A stretch of 64,000 nt of DNA from NCBI RefSeq assembly GCF_964204645.1, contig NC_134029.1:2480001-2544000 (forward strand), given 5' to 3'. A program made the translations under genes and the position numbers. The notes beneath the pieces are model-generated. The model was not told the DNA's origin, made no database searches, and saw only the letters and a program-made list of their open reading frames with translations. This DNA comes from Tubulanus polymorphus. Taxonomy: Eukaryota; Animalia; Nemertea. Shown here one piece after another: positions 13,456 to 26,760 of this stretch. Each line of letters opens with the position of its first letter. Within the stretch, counting starts at the first letter, position 1.

Positions 13456-15179
13456 TCTGTAGTAAAGTATTGATTTTTTTACTAATATCACCCTTTTTCA
13501 GACCAGTCTGATAGGTAACATAGTTTAAAAAATTTACCTGATTGCGTGGAATGGAGTATGAAAATAGTTGTTGAGTCGAATATTGAAAATAGTTAAAAAT
13601 TAGTTAGATAATTAGGTTCCTTTGGCCTGAGAAAGGAACTCTACGTTTGAATATTTCAATATAGAGAAAACTATTTTATAACGAGTTTGTAAAAAGATGT
13701 GTCATGTGTTTTGCAATGTGACAGAAATATCCTTCTTAGAGTCTTATAAAAGCTAAGCTCCATTAATTCACGATATTGGTCTTCGATCTTAGGTTGATAG
13801 ATAAGTCGAGTTGGTTAGTCACTAGGAGTAAATGGTCGCGTCGAGCGCCTAGTTTTGAGTCGTAGGTCTGTTGAGTTAACGCCTAAACTGAGATATAGTT
13901 TCAACATGATATTGTAAGTTTTATTGTGCTTACCATAGTTAAACAGAGTCAACACAGTGGCTTTGCCCTGTAGATATCACATGGTTAGGAAACATAGAAC
14001 ATAACGTTCTATGTACAAATAATAAGTATTTGCAGAATTGTAGATGTACTAATTTGACGGCATTGATATTTTCGAAGGCCCGTGTAACCAATTTGAGAAA
14101 TGAATCATATATGTTGATTTTCACATGGAGTTTTAACTTTGAGCCTCCATCAATCTGTTCGATGCTACGTATTTGAAAGCAAAAGCTTTATCTAAAAGGA
14201 GACCATATTTACATTTGAGAGGTAAAGCTAAAGTTATAGCTAGGACTAATTTTGAACGTTTTAACATTGTTTATAGACAACCTTCCCTAAGTATAGCGAA
14301 AACCCGAGATCTTTTCTGTTGTTGTTTTTAGCATTCTATCAATCAGTTATTGTAATAAACAAAACAAATAACTATAAACCTTAACTAAATCGAATACACT
14401 TAAAAAATAGATAGAATGCTTTGAATAACTGTGATGAAAGATCGACCCGTCCTTAGAACTAGCTGCGCTCAATCACTGTTTATTGTTATACTGGGGTAGA
14501 CTTACGGGGCAGACTTACTATCTAAAATCATGTACATACATTTTACTTTTTAGAAAGAATTTAAAACAGCTATAAACTTAAGTTATTGATGTTATCGATT
14601 AGTTACCGATTGTATAATTATGTTGATGTTTTCGAAACTGGAAGAAAAAACGTCAGAATAGTTAGTATTTAATGCCAAGGTGCTTGAAAATCTTTAAGTC
14701 GGGGCAAAGTTGGCAAAATTCTAGATTTCAAGTGAAAGTAATGTTTACGAAAAAGAAATTAAGAATGATAAATTGATACTCCAAGATTTCTGGAGTGAAT
14801 CAGTATGTTTTATCTCTAGTTTTAACGCTTTATGTTAGAGACTGTTATTGTAATACAGTTCACGTGTTTGTAAATTAGTAACTTACATGATGATTCCTCG
14901 ATTAAGATATTATTGTTGTGTGAATAAAACAATGTACATTTTCATCATTCATGTTGAACCTTTTCAGTTGTTAAGTTTTATAGCAACAATTTCACTTTGG
15001 TGCTTATCAGTCGTTCATAAAATACTGATTTAATTAAGGCCCTGTTGAAAATAGAGGATAACTTGTGGATGCAGTGCTAATTGGTCAATCGTCCAAGCTT
15101 TGTTTTGATTATCGGTTTAACCGCGTCTGTGTGGGGCCTGTAATGTCTGGACAAGAAGAATTTCCTTTATAATAGTTTG

Positions 15180-15426
15180 CAGGGTTTGATCTAAGGAATA
15201 AATGCCATTCGACCGCAGGGCAGGCATAATATGTAATATCGCTTGCCCTCTCAACGTGCCCTACATGAGCAGTCCGATTGTGACACAATCATCCCTTGCA
15301 TTGAGTGGGATAAAAGCTTTGAGATATAGAATTACACAAGCTCGGTGGATGAGCGATAATGACTACTTGCCCTAATGAAAATATACTTGTCCCGTGCAAT
15401 TGAACTAGTGCTTAGATCAGACCCTG
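15180..15426. mobile_element. hAT-like MITE
   Basis: Terminal inverted repeats CAGGGTTTGATCTAAG / CTTAGATCAGACCCTG (15/16 match) with internal cttgccc repeats. No clear TSD left. Confidence 0.6.
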
Positions 15427-16750
15427 CTTTATTTCAAATGTAACATTTGTGAAATAAGCTAGTTGATAATGTTTGAAGAAATCTCTTAAAGACAAGGATA
15501 ATTTGGCAATGTTTTTAGTTTTCTTGTAATAAGTAAGATTAATTAGTTAACCTTACGCTCTCAAGAGTGTGAGTGAATTTGTAGGTGTAATGTATTCATG
15601 TTTTTATTCTGAACTGTTTTTAAATAACTCATTAAAAAAAACGACATACATGTTCGTCATTCATGTTAAAACTATTCAATTGTTCAGTTACGTGTATTGC
15701 AACTTTTTCACTGTGGTGCTTTTCAGTGGTTCATAAGATACTATTTTTATTAAGGTCCTTATGGAAAATGGAGGAGCAAAATAGAGGAGCATTCTCTTGA
15801 TTAATGAGGATATATGAACAGTATTAATCAGTAAATTGTGCTAGCTATATATGGACTCTAAACCCATGGCTTAAATATGTCTATATGGGTCCTGAAATAT
15901 CTGCATGAGAAGCACCTCAAAAAATTATTGAATCTTACTTAATTTTAGATATCTAAGCAATAAGTTATTACATGTAGTAATTGACCTAGCTGTGTTAAAA
16001 TTGACAGTTGAACAATATTTATATACTCGATTTATCTTGCTGAATGCATAGAAGAGAATGCCTCCAAAATACTTTGCATTAAATGTAACATTTGAGAAAA
16101 TAACCAATTTGATCATGTCTGAAAATCTCTTAAAGACAAGGCAAAGGTGGCAAAACTCTAGTTATCTTTTAAAATAATGTTATCGAAAATTAAATCAAAG
16201 ACTGTTTAAAATCAAAAACGAAATGTTCATGTCAATTGTTCTTCAAACGCTGAATTAAGGTCGTATCGATTCTAGTTGAGCTTTTTCTTGATAATTAAAT
16301 GTCATTTGAAAAGTTGACACGGTAGATTCATATTTCATGAAATATAACAAAGGGTCGGTTATATTGACCTCATGAATTGTCAAATTCATAATCTTAGACT
16401 ATCAGACTAGTCCAATTTTCTGTGTTTTATGGATAAAAGTTTATAATTCTTTGTGTATTTTTGTTATTTTCCTATTGATGCAAATTGTATAAAATCAGTA
16501 ATAGTGGAGATGTATCGTATATTAAAACTTCGAAATACTTTACATGTTACTTTTGTGGTTTAGAGTTATTACAATTTCATTCATAGTAATAGAAATAAAA
16601 TTACTATTAAAATTTGAGAAAATAAGCTAAAAGTTAATAATATGATATGTGAAAATAAAATGATGTAAAAATGTAAATCAGATTGATTACTTAATCCTAC
16701 GCTTTCAAGAGTATATGGCCAGGTTTATCTCTGGTTTTAGTGCGGGGAGC

Positions 16751-16855
16751 CATGGACGCGAGAGTCCATGGTTGTAGGCCATAGACGTTTCTGTTTTAGA
16801 GTCTATGGTTGGACCATGGATGTATAAACTCTAGTTTATAGTTTATACATCCATG
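16751..16855. mobile_element. Three adjacent ultra-short palindromic insertions with CATRGA termini (P-superfamily-like)
   Basis: catggac..gtccatg (16751-16770), catagac..gtctatg (16780-16807) and catggatgtataaact..agtttatacatccatg (16815-16855). The last is flanked by a 7-bp direct repeat gttggac. Confidence 0.6.
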
Positions 16856-17446
16856 GTTGGACTGTTTTTGAAATACAGTCCACGTGTTTGAGGAGCTTAC
16901 GTTATAATTCCTCGAGCACAAACCTGGCATTTTGTATGATTGTTGTACACTGTATGAGAATAAATATGATTGAAATTCTTTATCTGTTTAGCTACTCTGT
17001 CTGAACTTTGTTAGTTCACCAGTCAGTGGTTTTTTGTTATCTTGCAATCCACCTCTTCTTTCAAACCAATATTCCCACCAACATTGTGCGGAGACGAGGA
17101 TGTCCGGAAAACATGATAATCGAATATTGGCAATACAGCTTACCACTTCAACCCGGACACACTAACACTTGTTGACCGGTTAGAAGCGAGTGTTGAGCTG
17201 CCGAAGCGTGATTACGAAATTAGCAATCTTTTTGATTGTCACTTTGATCGGTTTGATTTTTATATACAGAAGCAGAGTCCTGAATAGTTAACTTTGCCTT
17301 TAAAAGTGGCACCCCAGTATCCTTCTTTTGGTGTTAACATTACATGATTAATTACATGAGATTTGTGTTTCTCTTGTAAAAATCATTGTTTTTATTTTCT
17401 TCATGCTTTCGGTAAATGTAGCCGATGACCTCCTGATCGTCTCTAA

Positions 17447-18275
17447 GGTTCGAACCCAGTAATTACTGATACTGGTTCAGAGTGGTCCTGATGCTGAATA
17501 GAGGATGCACAGAGGTGTCCCGGGTTCGAATCCAGTAATTACTGATGCTGATTCAGAGTGGTTCTGATGCTGAATAGAGGATGTACAGGGGTATCCCGGG
17601 TTCAAACCCATCCGGCAATTGCTGTGATTCAGAGTGGTCCTGATGGATAAAGGATGGACAGGGCTGTCTAGCGTTCAAACCCAGTAATTGCTGATACTGA
17701 TTCAGAGTGGTTCTGATACTGAATAGAGAATGTACAGGGGTGTCCCAGGTTCAAACCCAGTAATTACTGATACTGATTCAGAGTGGTCCTGATGCTGAAT
17801 AGAGGATGTACAGGGAGGTCCCGGGTTCAAACCCATCAATTACTGTGATTCAGAGTGGTCGTGATGGATAAAGGATGTACAGGGGTGTCCTGGGTTCAAA
17901 CCCAGTAATTAATGATACAGGTTAAGAGTGGTACTGATGCTGAATAAAGGATGTACAGGGGTGTCCAGACCGTACAGTGCTGCCGCTATGCTCATCGTTA
18001 GCGGGATTTTCATACACTAACTAAAGTCAACTCTGGCAATCGACGTGCTGTCCAGTTATACTCCGTGACCTTAGCTTGCCAGAGTTGACTAACGTTAGTG
18101 TATAAAAATCCCGCTAACGATGAGCGTAGAGACAGCACCGTACGGTAAAATGTTGATATCTTAACAAAAGTAATTACTGATAACTGATTCAGGACACCCC
18201 TGTACATCATCTATATATTCAGAATTAGGAACCCAGTAATTACTGATGCTGATTCAGAGTGGTCCTGATGCTGAA
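17447..18275 (+). repeat. Tandem array of ~76 bp tRNA/SINE-head-like units
   Basis: Units contain B-box-like GGTTC(G/A)AA(C/T)CC (17447, 17523, 17599, ~17672, 17748, 17824, 17893) and A-box-like TG(G/A)TTCAGAGTGG. The array is interrupted by a foldback element at 17970-18145; an inverted part-unit lies at ~18192-18233. Confidence 0.85.
17970..18145. mobile_element. Foldback MITE (CCGT...ACGG termini)
   Basis: ~70 bp inverted arms ccgtacagtgctgccgctatgctcatcgttagcgggattttcatacactaac..agtcaactctggcaa / ttgccagagttgact..gttagtgtataaaaatcccgctaacgatgagcgtagagacagcaccgtacgg around a ~37 bp spacer. Termini are related to the copy at 31660. Confidence 0.8.
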
Positions 18276-19692
18276 ATATTTATGGCGAATCCTTTCTAGT
18301 TTGACACCATAACGCGGTATATAGTTTTCAAATTCAAGGAGTTTGATAAGATAAAATCCCAAGGAGTTTGAATTTGTCAGTGGTGGTCAGCGATGGTCAG
18401 TTTATGAATTTGCAATGATTCTTCAGTAGTTTGAAAACAAACTTTGAAAAATTTCCGAAATTTGAAGTCAAGTGGTCAGACTCGGGGATACATCTCAATT
18501 GGTCAGTTTCTGACCATCATGGTGTCAACATTGTGGTCTATAGCTCAAATGAAACATGTGGAACCGACGATCAATGGTCCCAAAAGCGTAAGTCATTTCC
18601 TGAGTTATGTGATCCAAAAATGCCCTAACTGGAAAAGGCAGTCTCTCAATTGGACGAAACCAAATCGGACAGGACAATTGAAATTTGGGAAGGCCACAGG
18701 TAGTGGTCTTTCTACGAAGCCCACGCGGTGAGCGTATTATTATGAAATACGCGGTGAGCGTATTATTATGAAATCTTTTTTTAAACCACCATGTACCACG
18801 AAGTAATAAGCATCGTTGTAAGCACTTGAAACAGTCATTAACCACTCTTGAAACTGTCAGATCAAACATCATACCGCATCCCCGCAAAGAGGGGTAGTTC
18901 AGAAAACCGGGGTTTTCATTGGCCTCTCTAGACTACCCCGCCAGTACGGGTAGCCGAGCAAACCGGAAAACTCATAATGGATCCGGAGAGCCGTGGCGTG
19001 GCATTCACACATCACGTAATGAATTAACACGACAGATTCGAACCGGCGATTCTCTCTCATCTCTATGCATATTCATTATTTTTATTCTTATTCTTTCATT
19101 GTGTTATATGCTGGTGGTCCTTCGTAGTCCTTTTCTATCTTTAACGAAACTGCTATTTGTCATTATTCGGCAAAAATGATATAGATTTATATTGAATTGA
19201 CGAGAGAATAAATATCTGAAGTTCAGGAAATATCCAGTGCCTACCAATTCAATTCAACGCCAAATTTATTACAAGCCGGTATTGTCTTTTTATAAATAGT
19301 ACCCCATTCGATACCATGATCAGAATTTCCATTTATTCAAGATTACTGATATTTTAGAAGGCTGAGCCTTGAAAATGGAGGAGGTCTTAACTTTATAATT
19401 TTTCAGTATTCTGATTAATAATTGACAATTGAATTGTCCAAGTTTGTTTTTGCTATCTGCTAGTGCTATCCAATCGGACAATAAATAATGAGCCAGATGA
19501 TGACCTCTCGAAGAGGTCAGCGTGCAGTAGTGGCCAGACTTGTGAATTTTCATTTATATTTCTATGACAGACTTTTAACCCTGAGAGTCTTTTACTTGTA
19601 GTAGGTTTTAATACAGACACGAGAGAGTGACCAGTGTCAGTGACTGGTCAGTAAGATTGTTGAGAGTTGGGACTGGAAGGAGTATTGAAGAG

Positions 19693-21630
19693 ATGCCTGG
19701 TGAATTTATAGAGAGTGAGCCTATAGCTCATCATGAGAGCATGCGTAATCATACTATAGATACAGCTATAGATCTTACAGCGGGAACTATAGGTAAGCAT
19801 TATTGGATTGAAATATTGGAAGTGGATATTTTGTCTATAGCTTATTCTGATTGGTTTGTGATTGCATTGAGGCACATTGACAGTCGTTCCTCATTAAAGC
19901 CCTCAACCTTACCCTAGTCCTTCTCTTAACCCTAGATTTTAACCCAACCCTAATCCTTGCCCTTAAATCTTACTAGGACCCTTATTCTCACCCTAATTGC
20001 AAAAAATTATTTGTCTTTAATGACATGTATTGGCAAAATAGTATTTACTAGAATGCCTGGAGTTGTATTTGCAAAGTAGTTGTATCCACTTCCTAGATAT
20101 TCATTGTATCTGTGTAGGTTCGGTGTTGAGGGATTAACGTTCTTTCTGTTTAATCATTTAAGGTGGAATTGCTAATTGTTTATCAGCTCAACCATTAGAT
20201 ACGGTCAAAGTTAAAATGCAAACTTTCCCCGGAGAATATAAAAATGCGTTGAATTGTTTAACGCAGACGTTTAAGAAAGACGGATTCACGCGCGGACTTT
20301 ATGCCGGTACCGTCCCTGCTTTAGTGGCGAACGTCGCAGAGAACGCTGTTTTGTTTATGTTTTACGGTATTTGTCAGAAAGCTGTGATGAAAGTCGCTGG
20401 CATTGAGAAGGAACACGATCTCAGTTCAGTGCAGAAAGCGACTGCTGGTTCGGGAGCCGCGTTCTTCGCCGCTCTCGCTCTTACTCCTACAGAACTCGTT
20501 AAATGTCGACTGCAGGCGATGAGAGAGATGGTCGACGCCGGAAAACTAGAAAAATCGAAATCATTCAGGTCAGTTTTACAATCAGACTAGAGTAGTTTGA
20601 GCAGAGCCGTGTCATGCACCGGTAATGAAAGCTGGTGTGAAAGTTCTGACTTATGGCTTTTTAAAAGCGCTGATTTGGCTCAGTCTGACCGCTACAAATC
20701 CTGGTTAACCTAGCACCAGTCTTGATTTAAATTCGATTTTGTGTTTGAATGAGATTGTAGCCGTCATTTTGGGTTTTTCAGCGGTCCGTTTGCTATTTCA
20801 AAACATATCGCAAAAACAGAAGGATTACGGGGATTTTTCCGTGGATTCGTGCCGACCGTCGCCAGAGAGATGCCCGGTTATTTCTTCTTCTTCGGAGCGT
20901 ACGAAACATCAAGACGACTGATGACGCCACCTGGGAAAACGCCTGATGAAATCGGTTAGCGTACATTCACTTGTGTTTTGTAATGTTTGAGATTCAGATG
21001 TCTATAGATTGATATTATTTTCGTAGGGCCGGTGAAAACTGTTATTTCTGGTGGTTTTGGTGGAATAGCGTTTTGGACGTCAGTATTTCCAGCCGATGTA
21101 GTGAAATCACGTGCTCAGATCTCTTCCGGCGCTGCTTTAGGATTCGTACAAACACTTAAACTCATAGTTAAAGAAGACGGTATGTGTCACGTGTGTCCGT
21201 TATACTTCAATAACATACATCCCTTTATCAGGATCCAGCTCAACAATTCATCTGAGGTCAGTTGCATAGTCATGGCTTAGGTTTATAGTTCTCCAATCTA
21301 GCCGACAACCTCAAGATCGGTGTAAGATTCAAGAACCGGCCCCTGGGTTACAATTTGAGTCTACAGTTTCATACTGATTTCTGGGATTTAAAAAAGAAAC
21401 TTCAAGCTGTCTCAACAGTGGAACTGGCTCATGATGTTAAACCTGACCACCCCAATCATCAAGTTTCAAAATTAACTCAATATTTGGGTGTGTATTTTTC
21501 AGGTGTGAAAGCTCTGTATAAAGGCCTCGGGCCGTCACTCGTTCGATCTTTCATCGCCACCGGCTGTCTATTCGTTTCTTACGAATATACGAAGAAATTT
21601 CTGGAATCTCTGGCTTACGGAAACAGCTAA
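19693..21630 (+). CDS. SLC25A15: Mitochondrial ornithine transporter (SLC25 carrier), 5 coding exons
   Basis: Exons 19693-19792, 20163-20568, 20782-20954, ~21027-21179 and 21503-21630 join in frame via GT-AG. Three carrier signatures are present ([30 protein letters not shown]), plus [24 protein letters not shown] and [11 protein letters not shown], typical of ORNT1. Confidence 0.92.
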
Positions 21631-22398
21631 CGTTGAACAGTATTACTATAAACCAAGCAACAATTTCCAAAACTGTATACATTCCATGAATTCTGAACTT
21701 TATTTCTGTGGGTTTTTTGTGAATATTTTACCGATTATTTTAGTACATATTGACAAATCATGTTTTCAATCGAATATTGATATTGTACTTACCGTAGTTC
21801 CGAGAATAACAAAACATATTTCATGAGTTTGTTTGCGAGCATATCACATGGCTTTACTATGGAAGGATCTGATCTTGTTGTAGTTGTTTTTATTGTAATT
21901 AACATTTAATAGATTGAAGTATTTTAGTCTTGTATTACTTTAAGAGTAACTTATTTCAATAATAAAATATGGTTGAAGTTTTAAGAATTTCTTCAATTTT
22001 TTTCTCGAGTCTCTCTTAAGTTGAACCCTATTGAACGAATAAAAACGATGATTTCCATTTATTCCAGTTTGGAATGAGACAATTTATTCATCCTGATTAA
22101 TACGTGTACATAAATAATTTTCCACATTGAATATTCTACAGTCATTGATTGAGTTTGTTAGAATTATTAGAACATCTGATCCAGTAAAATATTATTTAAA
22201 CACTACAGTAGATTCTGCGTGCCACAGAGCCAATAGCCTTCGATTATTTTGGCAATATCTTAAATTTTCCTACTCCAATTCAGTCAACTGTAGATCAAGG
22301 CGTAGGCTACTTGAGATCGAAGGTAAGCAGTGTTCTGTAGATCTGAGACAAGCGGAGTTAACTGTATCATTCTTAAGCCCCAAATACAAAGAACACGA

Positions 22399-23154
22399 TC
22401 AACTGATGTCATCGACAATGTGACACATCATTTTATCGATTTCATCGACTTCATGAATTTGTAACGCTGTTTCTGAGTCCGGTTCCTCTGTGTCCATTAA
22501 CTGCGTAGTAACAGCCAGTTTATTATCGATATCGGTATCGGGTAAAGCAGTCGCGCAGCCCTGCAACACTTCGATCACTTTATCTAAATGTTTTTGGAAG
22601 CGGTCAACGGTATCGATACGCTGACGTTTCTGGACCTCCATCATCACTCTCAGAGTCTCTCGCGCCTGATGAGGTCGAAACTCGTTGATCAAATGATGCG
22701 TATTTATGAAAAGTAAATTCAGATCTTGGATTTTTTCGGCGCGTTTCGGCGAATCGGGACATTTAATGAGGATATCGAGCAGATCGAGGAAATTGACAAG
22801 GATCGAATGATTGAGTTTTTTCAGTTCTCGTTTGTGATCGTAAGCCTGAGGGTATAAACGTCGGAATCCGAGGTTCTCTAAAGGTTGGATTATAGTGTCA
22901 TCCGAGTGATACGCGACACCAAACATCGAATATGAATCCTGAAAATATATATAGAAAATCAATGAAAACAGACGATGATGTCAATTTAAATCAAAATGGG
23001 CGATTCAATTTACTGCCAATATAGTACCGACCTGAGGTGGGGGCGGGGGTCGAGGATTTCTACCTCGTTTAATATTCTCATCGCTGTATGCGTTGACATA
23101 TTGCATCGGAGGTAGCGGTAGAGAGCTAACTCCCTGACCCGGATTATCCGCCAT
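22399..23154 (-). CDS. MED7: Mediator of RNA polymerase II transcription subunit 7
   Basis: Exon 23154-23032 ([32 protein letters not shown]) and exon 22938-22399 ([59 protein letters not shown]), the conserved MED7 motifs. Confidence 0.97.
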
Positions 23155-23499
23155 CGCCTACAAAAATCAACAAAAAAAGACATTTCCTATTCGGCTTGTG
23201 GTGCCTGGTAGTGGTGGTGGATGGTTTTTGGTAAACAATAAATTCCACTGCCGATTCAAATCGAATCATTAAATATCACTTCAAATCCTAGATCAATACT
23301 CAAATTTAGATATTTTCTTACCTTTCTATCAACTCGTATTACGCATGAAAAGGTAAATAAATGCCAGAAATGAGAGAAAAGAATTCGGTACAATTAAGCT
23401 TGAATATATTGAATTTAATTGAATTGAGTTAATTCTGTTGCTCTTTTGGGTTCGAATCCTGAATTTTCCATCCATTTACGTATATTACGCTAACGCAAT
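23155..23499. promoter_or_regulatory. Bidirectional promoter region MED7/MRPS27
   Basis: Divergent start codons ~345 bp apart. A MED7 5'UTR donor lies at ~23321, and a YY1-like ATGGCGGC overlaps the MRPS27 start. Confidence 0.6.
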
Positions 23500-26493
23500 A
23501 TGGCGGCGTCCATGAGTATTCGTGCCGCTTGCCGATTGAATACTATATTCAGGCATCGAATCCATTCTCAATTAGGTAATCTTTCGTCGCTTTTGAACAG
23601 AACGAGTTATTTATCGTCAATTTCAGTTTAGAAATGAGGTTTATATAATTTTATTAATAAGAATAGACTGCAATTTTAAGATTTTACGACTGTCTACCCT
23701 ATTCGGCGGATAATGCCAATGGACTCATTTGCCTGTGGTATATTAAAACTTTTTTTCAGGTTGTCAGAAAATCCGGACGCTTTTGTCTAGTGCTTATTCC
23801 TGTGATGAATTGTGGGCGAAACGATCTGAAAATCCGATTTTATCAGCAATTAACGCGAGTAAGTGTTGAAAATTACAATGACTTTAATCTCAGTCACTCA
23901 AAAGACAAAGTCATTCATTCAAAGTGAAGAGTCACTAATTATTGGATTTTTTTCAGATGAATTCATTGTGAAACTTCATGAAAAATATGAAAAAGAAAAA
24001 CTGATTAGTGCAATTGATATAGATATAGTAGGTATCTCATTCCTCCACTACTGCAACCTTTCATTACGATCCTACACTAACAATGAGAAATAGAGATAGA
24101 GATGTTTCCTCGAGATGATGTATTACTATAAAAGTACCACTGAAGATGACTTAAAGAATCTAGTGGAAACGTTAAATAAAAGAATAAATCTCAAGGAAAC
24201 TTTCGTACTCTTTTTTTACTAATTTTTAATTTTTTTTACTAATTGTTAATAATGTTTTTCATCATTCAATGTTTATCGTCACCTATAATTTAAGACAATG
24301 AATTTAACGGTTCTTGCTTATTTAATTTATTTCCAGCTTGCAAATAATATCGAAAATGTTGATTTCACCGAAATTGATTTCACTGAAAATCTTTTTAAAA
24401 GGTATCATCATCTTATACATTTAAAAACAGAGTTTGCAGAAATTGTATAAAATCTAATTTGATGATATTTTTTTCAAAGGTTCCGTAGTTGTCAAGGTGC
24501 ATTAGATGTTTTAGATTCGACACCCTACGCTCTCGTACGGGGATATATCAATATGAAACAGACCGATCGATTTCTAGACATGCTTCAAGATAAGGTTCGT
24601 TTTTCGAGCAACTTACTTGCAACAATGCAACTATGTCACCTATCTTTCAAAACAACTGTTTGATTTCATTTCAGTTTGGTTATGGAATATTTTTGGATCA
24701 TTATTCTGGCAGTTTGTTGATGGACTATTTCATCAAACAAGAAAACTATTACGGTTAGTGTTGTGATTCAATTGCCTCAGATTATTGCATGGATATTACA
24801 TACGACCGAGTCAGAATTCACTCACTCCTCCAAGACCTTTGGGTAATTCTTATACCCTCTCCAGTAATTGTTATATTATTATCTCTCTATTTTTATAGAT
24901 GCGGCTCAAGTTGCTTATGAATTTATGCTTCAAGAAGATTATACGAATCAAACGGTGAAACTGTTGAGTTTGTATTCGTCGTATAAACATCTTATCAATC
25001 CATTACCTGAAGTTGTAGATGAAGAGAGTGGTGAAAATACAGAACAAAAATCAGACGTGAGTTCAGTGATATCAAACAAACAAACTTGCAGGCTAATGGG
25101 GAGGAAGTGTTGAATATACTTTTGTTTATTAATGTCATTCAAGGATTCTGATTAGAGCCTATTCATAAGTATATAATCCTCCATGGGGTAAGGGGTTTCA
25201 AAAATTGGCCAATCGTAATACTTCGAAGCATCACATTTCTGAAGTGGTCTCTATTCTTAAGACCCAATTTATATATGCATTTCAATTTGCTAAGAGTGAA
25301 ACGTAATGGATCATCCAAACTATTACTCTTTTAATCATGTTCAATTTTATTCTGAGAATGTTTGATTTAACCGAAATACTCTATCTGTTACAGGAAACTA
25401 TTTACATGAGGGTTCCGTATGTTCGAAATCCATCATTCGATGATCATTTCGACCTGGTCGAAGACCGACACGTTCTCGGTAAAACTCTTCACTCAATTGG
25501 TAACCACGGCAATGATGATATTATACACCGTAGCTGTCGTTTGATCGGTCTCGGTTTATGGGAGAAAATCAGCGACGGTTTTAAAATACTGCGTGAATAC
25601 ATTTCATCGAACATGAAACACTGTATCACACAAGATGCTGTAAGTATTTCAATCTTGATTCTTGAGCCGCAATCGCACAAGTGTTTTTGACAAGGCCAAA
25701 TTTGGTCTGGCCCAGGATAGGCTTGGGCAAACCATTCACACTGCTTTGATCGGTTGTGTTTTTTCATATTTTATTTTCTTTTTGCAGCTCGATAGATTTA
25801 AAACGGCTCTAGATGAAATCGAAGCCCAACCAGTCGATCCTGAACTGACGAGCAATAGAGGAATTCAGGTGAAATTGACACCTGAGGAAAAAACCAAATA
25901 TCAAGAGGAATTTGAGGTAAGTTCTAATGGGAATAAAATTGAATTCTTTCTGAAATCATTTTAATCTCGTAATTGATAAAATCTTTCTTTTAGGAGTTCA
26001 TCTTTTATGTTAAACTTCACCCTAATAAGGAATGAATGTTCTATTTCAGGAAATTCGTCAATCCCTTCAAAAAGCAAATCTCTTGTCGACGGAGAATCTG
26101 GATGAACTAATTGAAACTTTAGTCAAATCAGAATTACCTAAACTCAAAGCGCACGATATCACGGCACAGGAGCAGCTGTTCGCGCGGTGGGAAATAACAC
26201 GACAAGAAAAACTTAACGAACAATTAGAGAACTATCGATACAACCAACGCAAGAAAGAATTAATCAAACAAATGTTAGAAATCAAAGAGAAAGAGGAATT
26301 ATTGAACTATTACGAGCGAATTCACGATATTCAATTAGCCGCTTCGAAAGCGCCGAAAATAGAAGTGGAAGAAAAACACGATGAAATCGAAGAGGATGTG
26401 AAAAAATATCTGAAAATTCCACGAAAACGAAAAGTTTACGAAATGCCGCGTTCGATATTCGAAGTTGTACACGGAAAACAAGAAGAATACTAA
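23500..26493 (+). CDS. MRPS27: Mitochondrial ribosomal protein S27 (mS27, PPR-type), ~10 exons
   Basis: MAASMSIRAACR targeting peptide. Exons encode RTLLSSAYSCDELW, ISAIDIDI, DK-FGYGIFLDHY, DAAQVAYEFMLQE, RVPYVRNPSFDDHFDL and GKTL..LIGLGLWEK, with a coiled C-terminal exon (26050-26493). Confidence 0.88.
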
Positions 26494-26574
26494 ACTGTCA
26501 ATAAATATGTGTTATTGTATGATATTGTCGTTTCATTCATTCAAATTCATTTTAAATCGAAACTTAAAGACTTT

Positions 26575-26760
26575 TGTAGGATGCTGTCATAGTGTGGCAC
26601 ATCATAAGCGGTGTGTTCCTACTGTGGCATGCGATTAAAAATTTAGTTCACAGATTTGCCGCTTACATAAGGGCAGCACATAACGGTCAAAATCTGACAT
26701 GCATCGATGTTCCCACTGTGGCATGCGAGTAGTAACTTAGCTCACCTCACCGATGCGGCA
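26575..26760. mobile_element. Degenerate copies of the CCGT...ACGG foldback MITE upstream of SYAP1
   Basis: actgtggcatgcga...ttagttcacagatttgccgct...gggcagcacataacgg (to 26686) matches the core and right arm of the 31660-31803 element. A second partial core actgtggcatgcgagta lies at ~26715. Confidence 0.6.

Larger units (their letters stand above)
14670..16920. repeat. Old, diverged ~700 bp-scale tandem duplication/triplication
   Basis: aaatct(c)ttaaagacaagg..aa..tggcaa-type block at ~14687, ~15479 and ~16123. tacat.ttc.tcattcatgtt...ttcact.tggtgctt.tcagt.gttcataa...gaaaat.gagga at ~14936 and ~15648. tttatctct.gtttta...gactgtt.ttg.aatacagt.cacgtgtttg at ~14808 and ~16724. Confidence 0.7.

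Noticed and set aside
17447-17966. Functional tRNA gene cluster
   Set aside because: A/B-box-like motifs are present, but I found no consistent acceptor or anticodon stems and no oligo-T terminators after the units.
19900-19998. Telomere-like (CCCTAA) tract in an SLC25A15 intron
   Set aside because: Highly degenerate and short; not evidence of a chromosome end or fusion.
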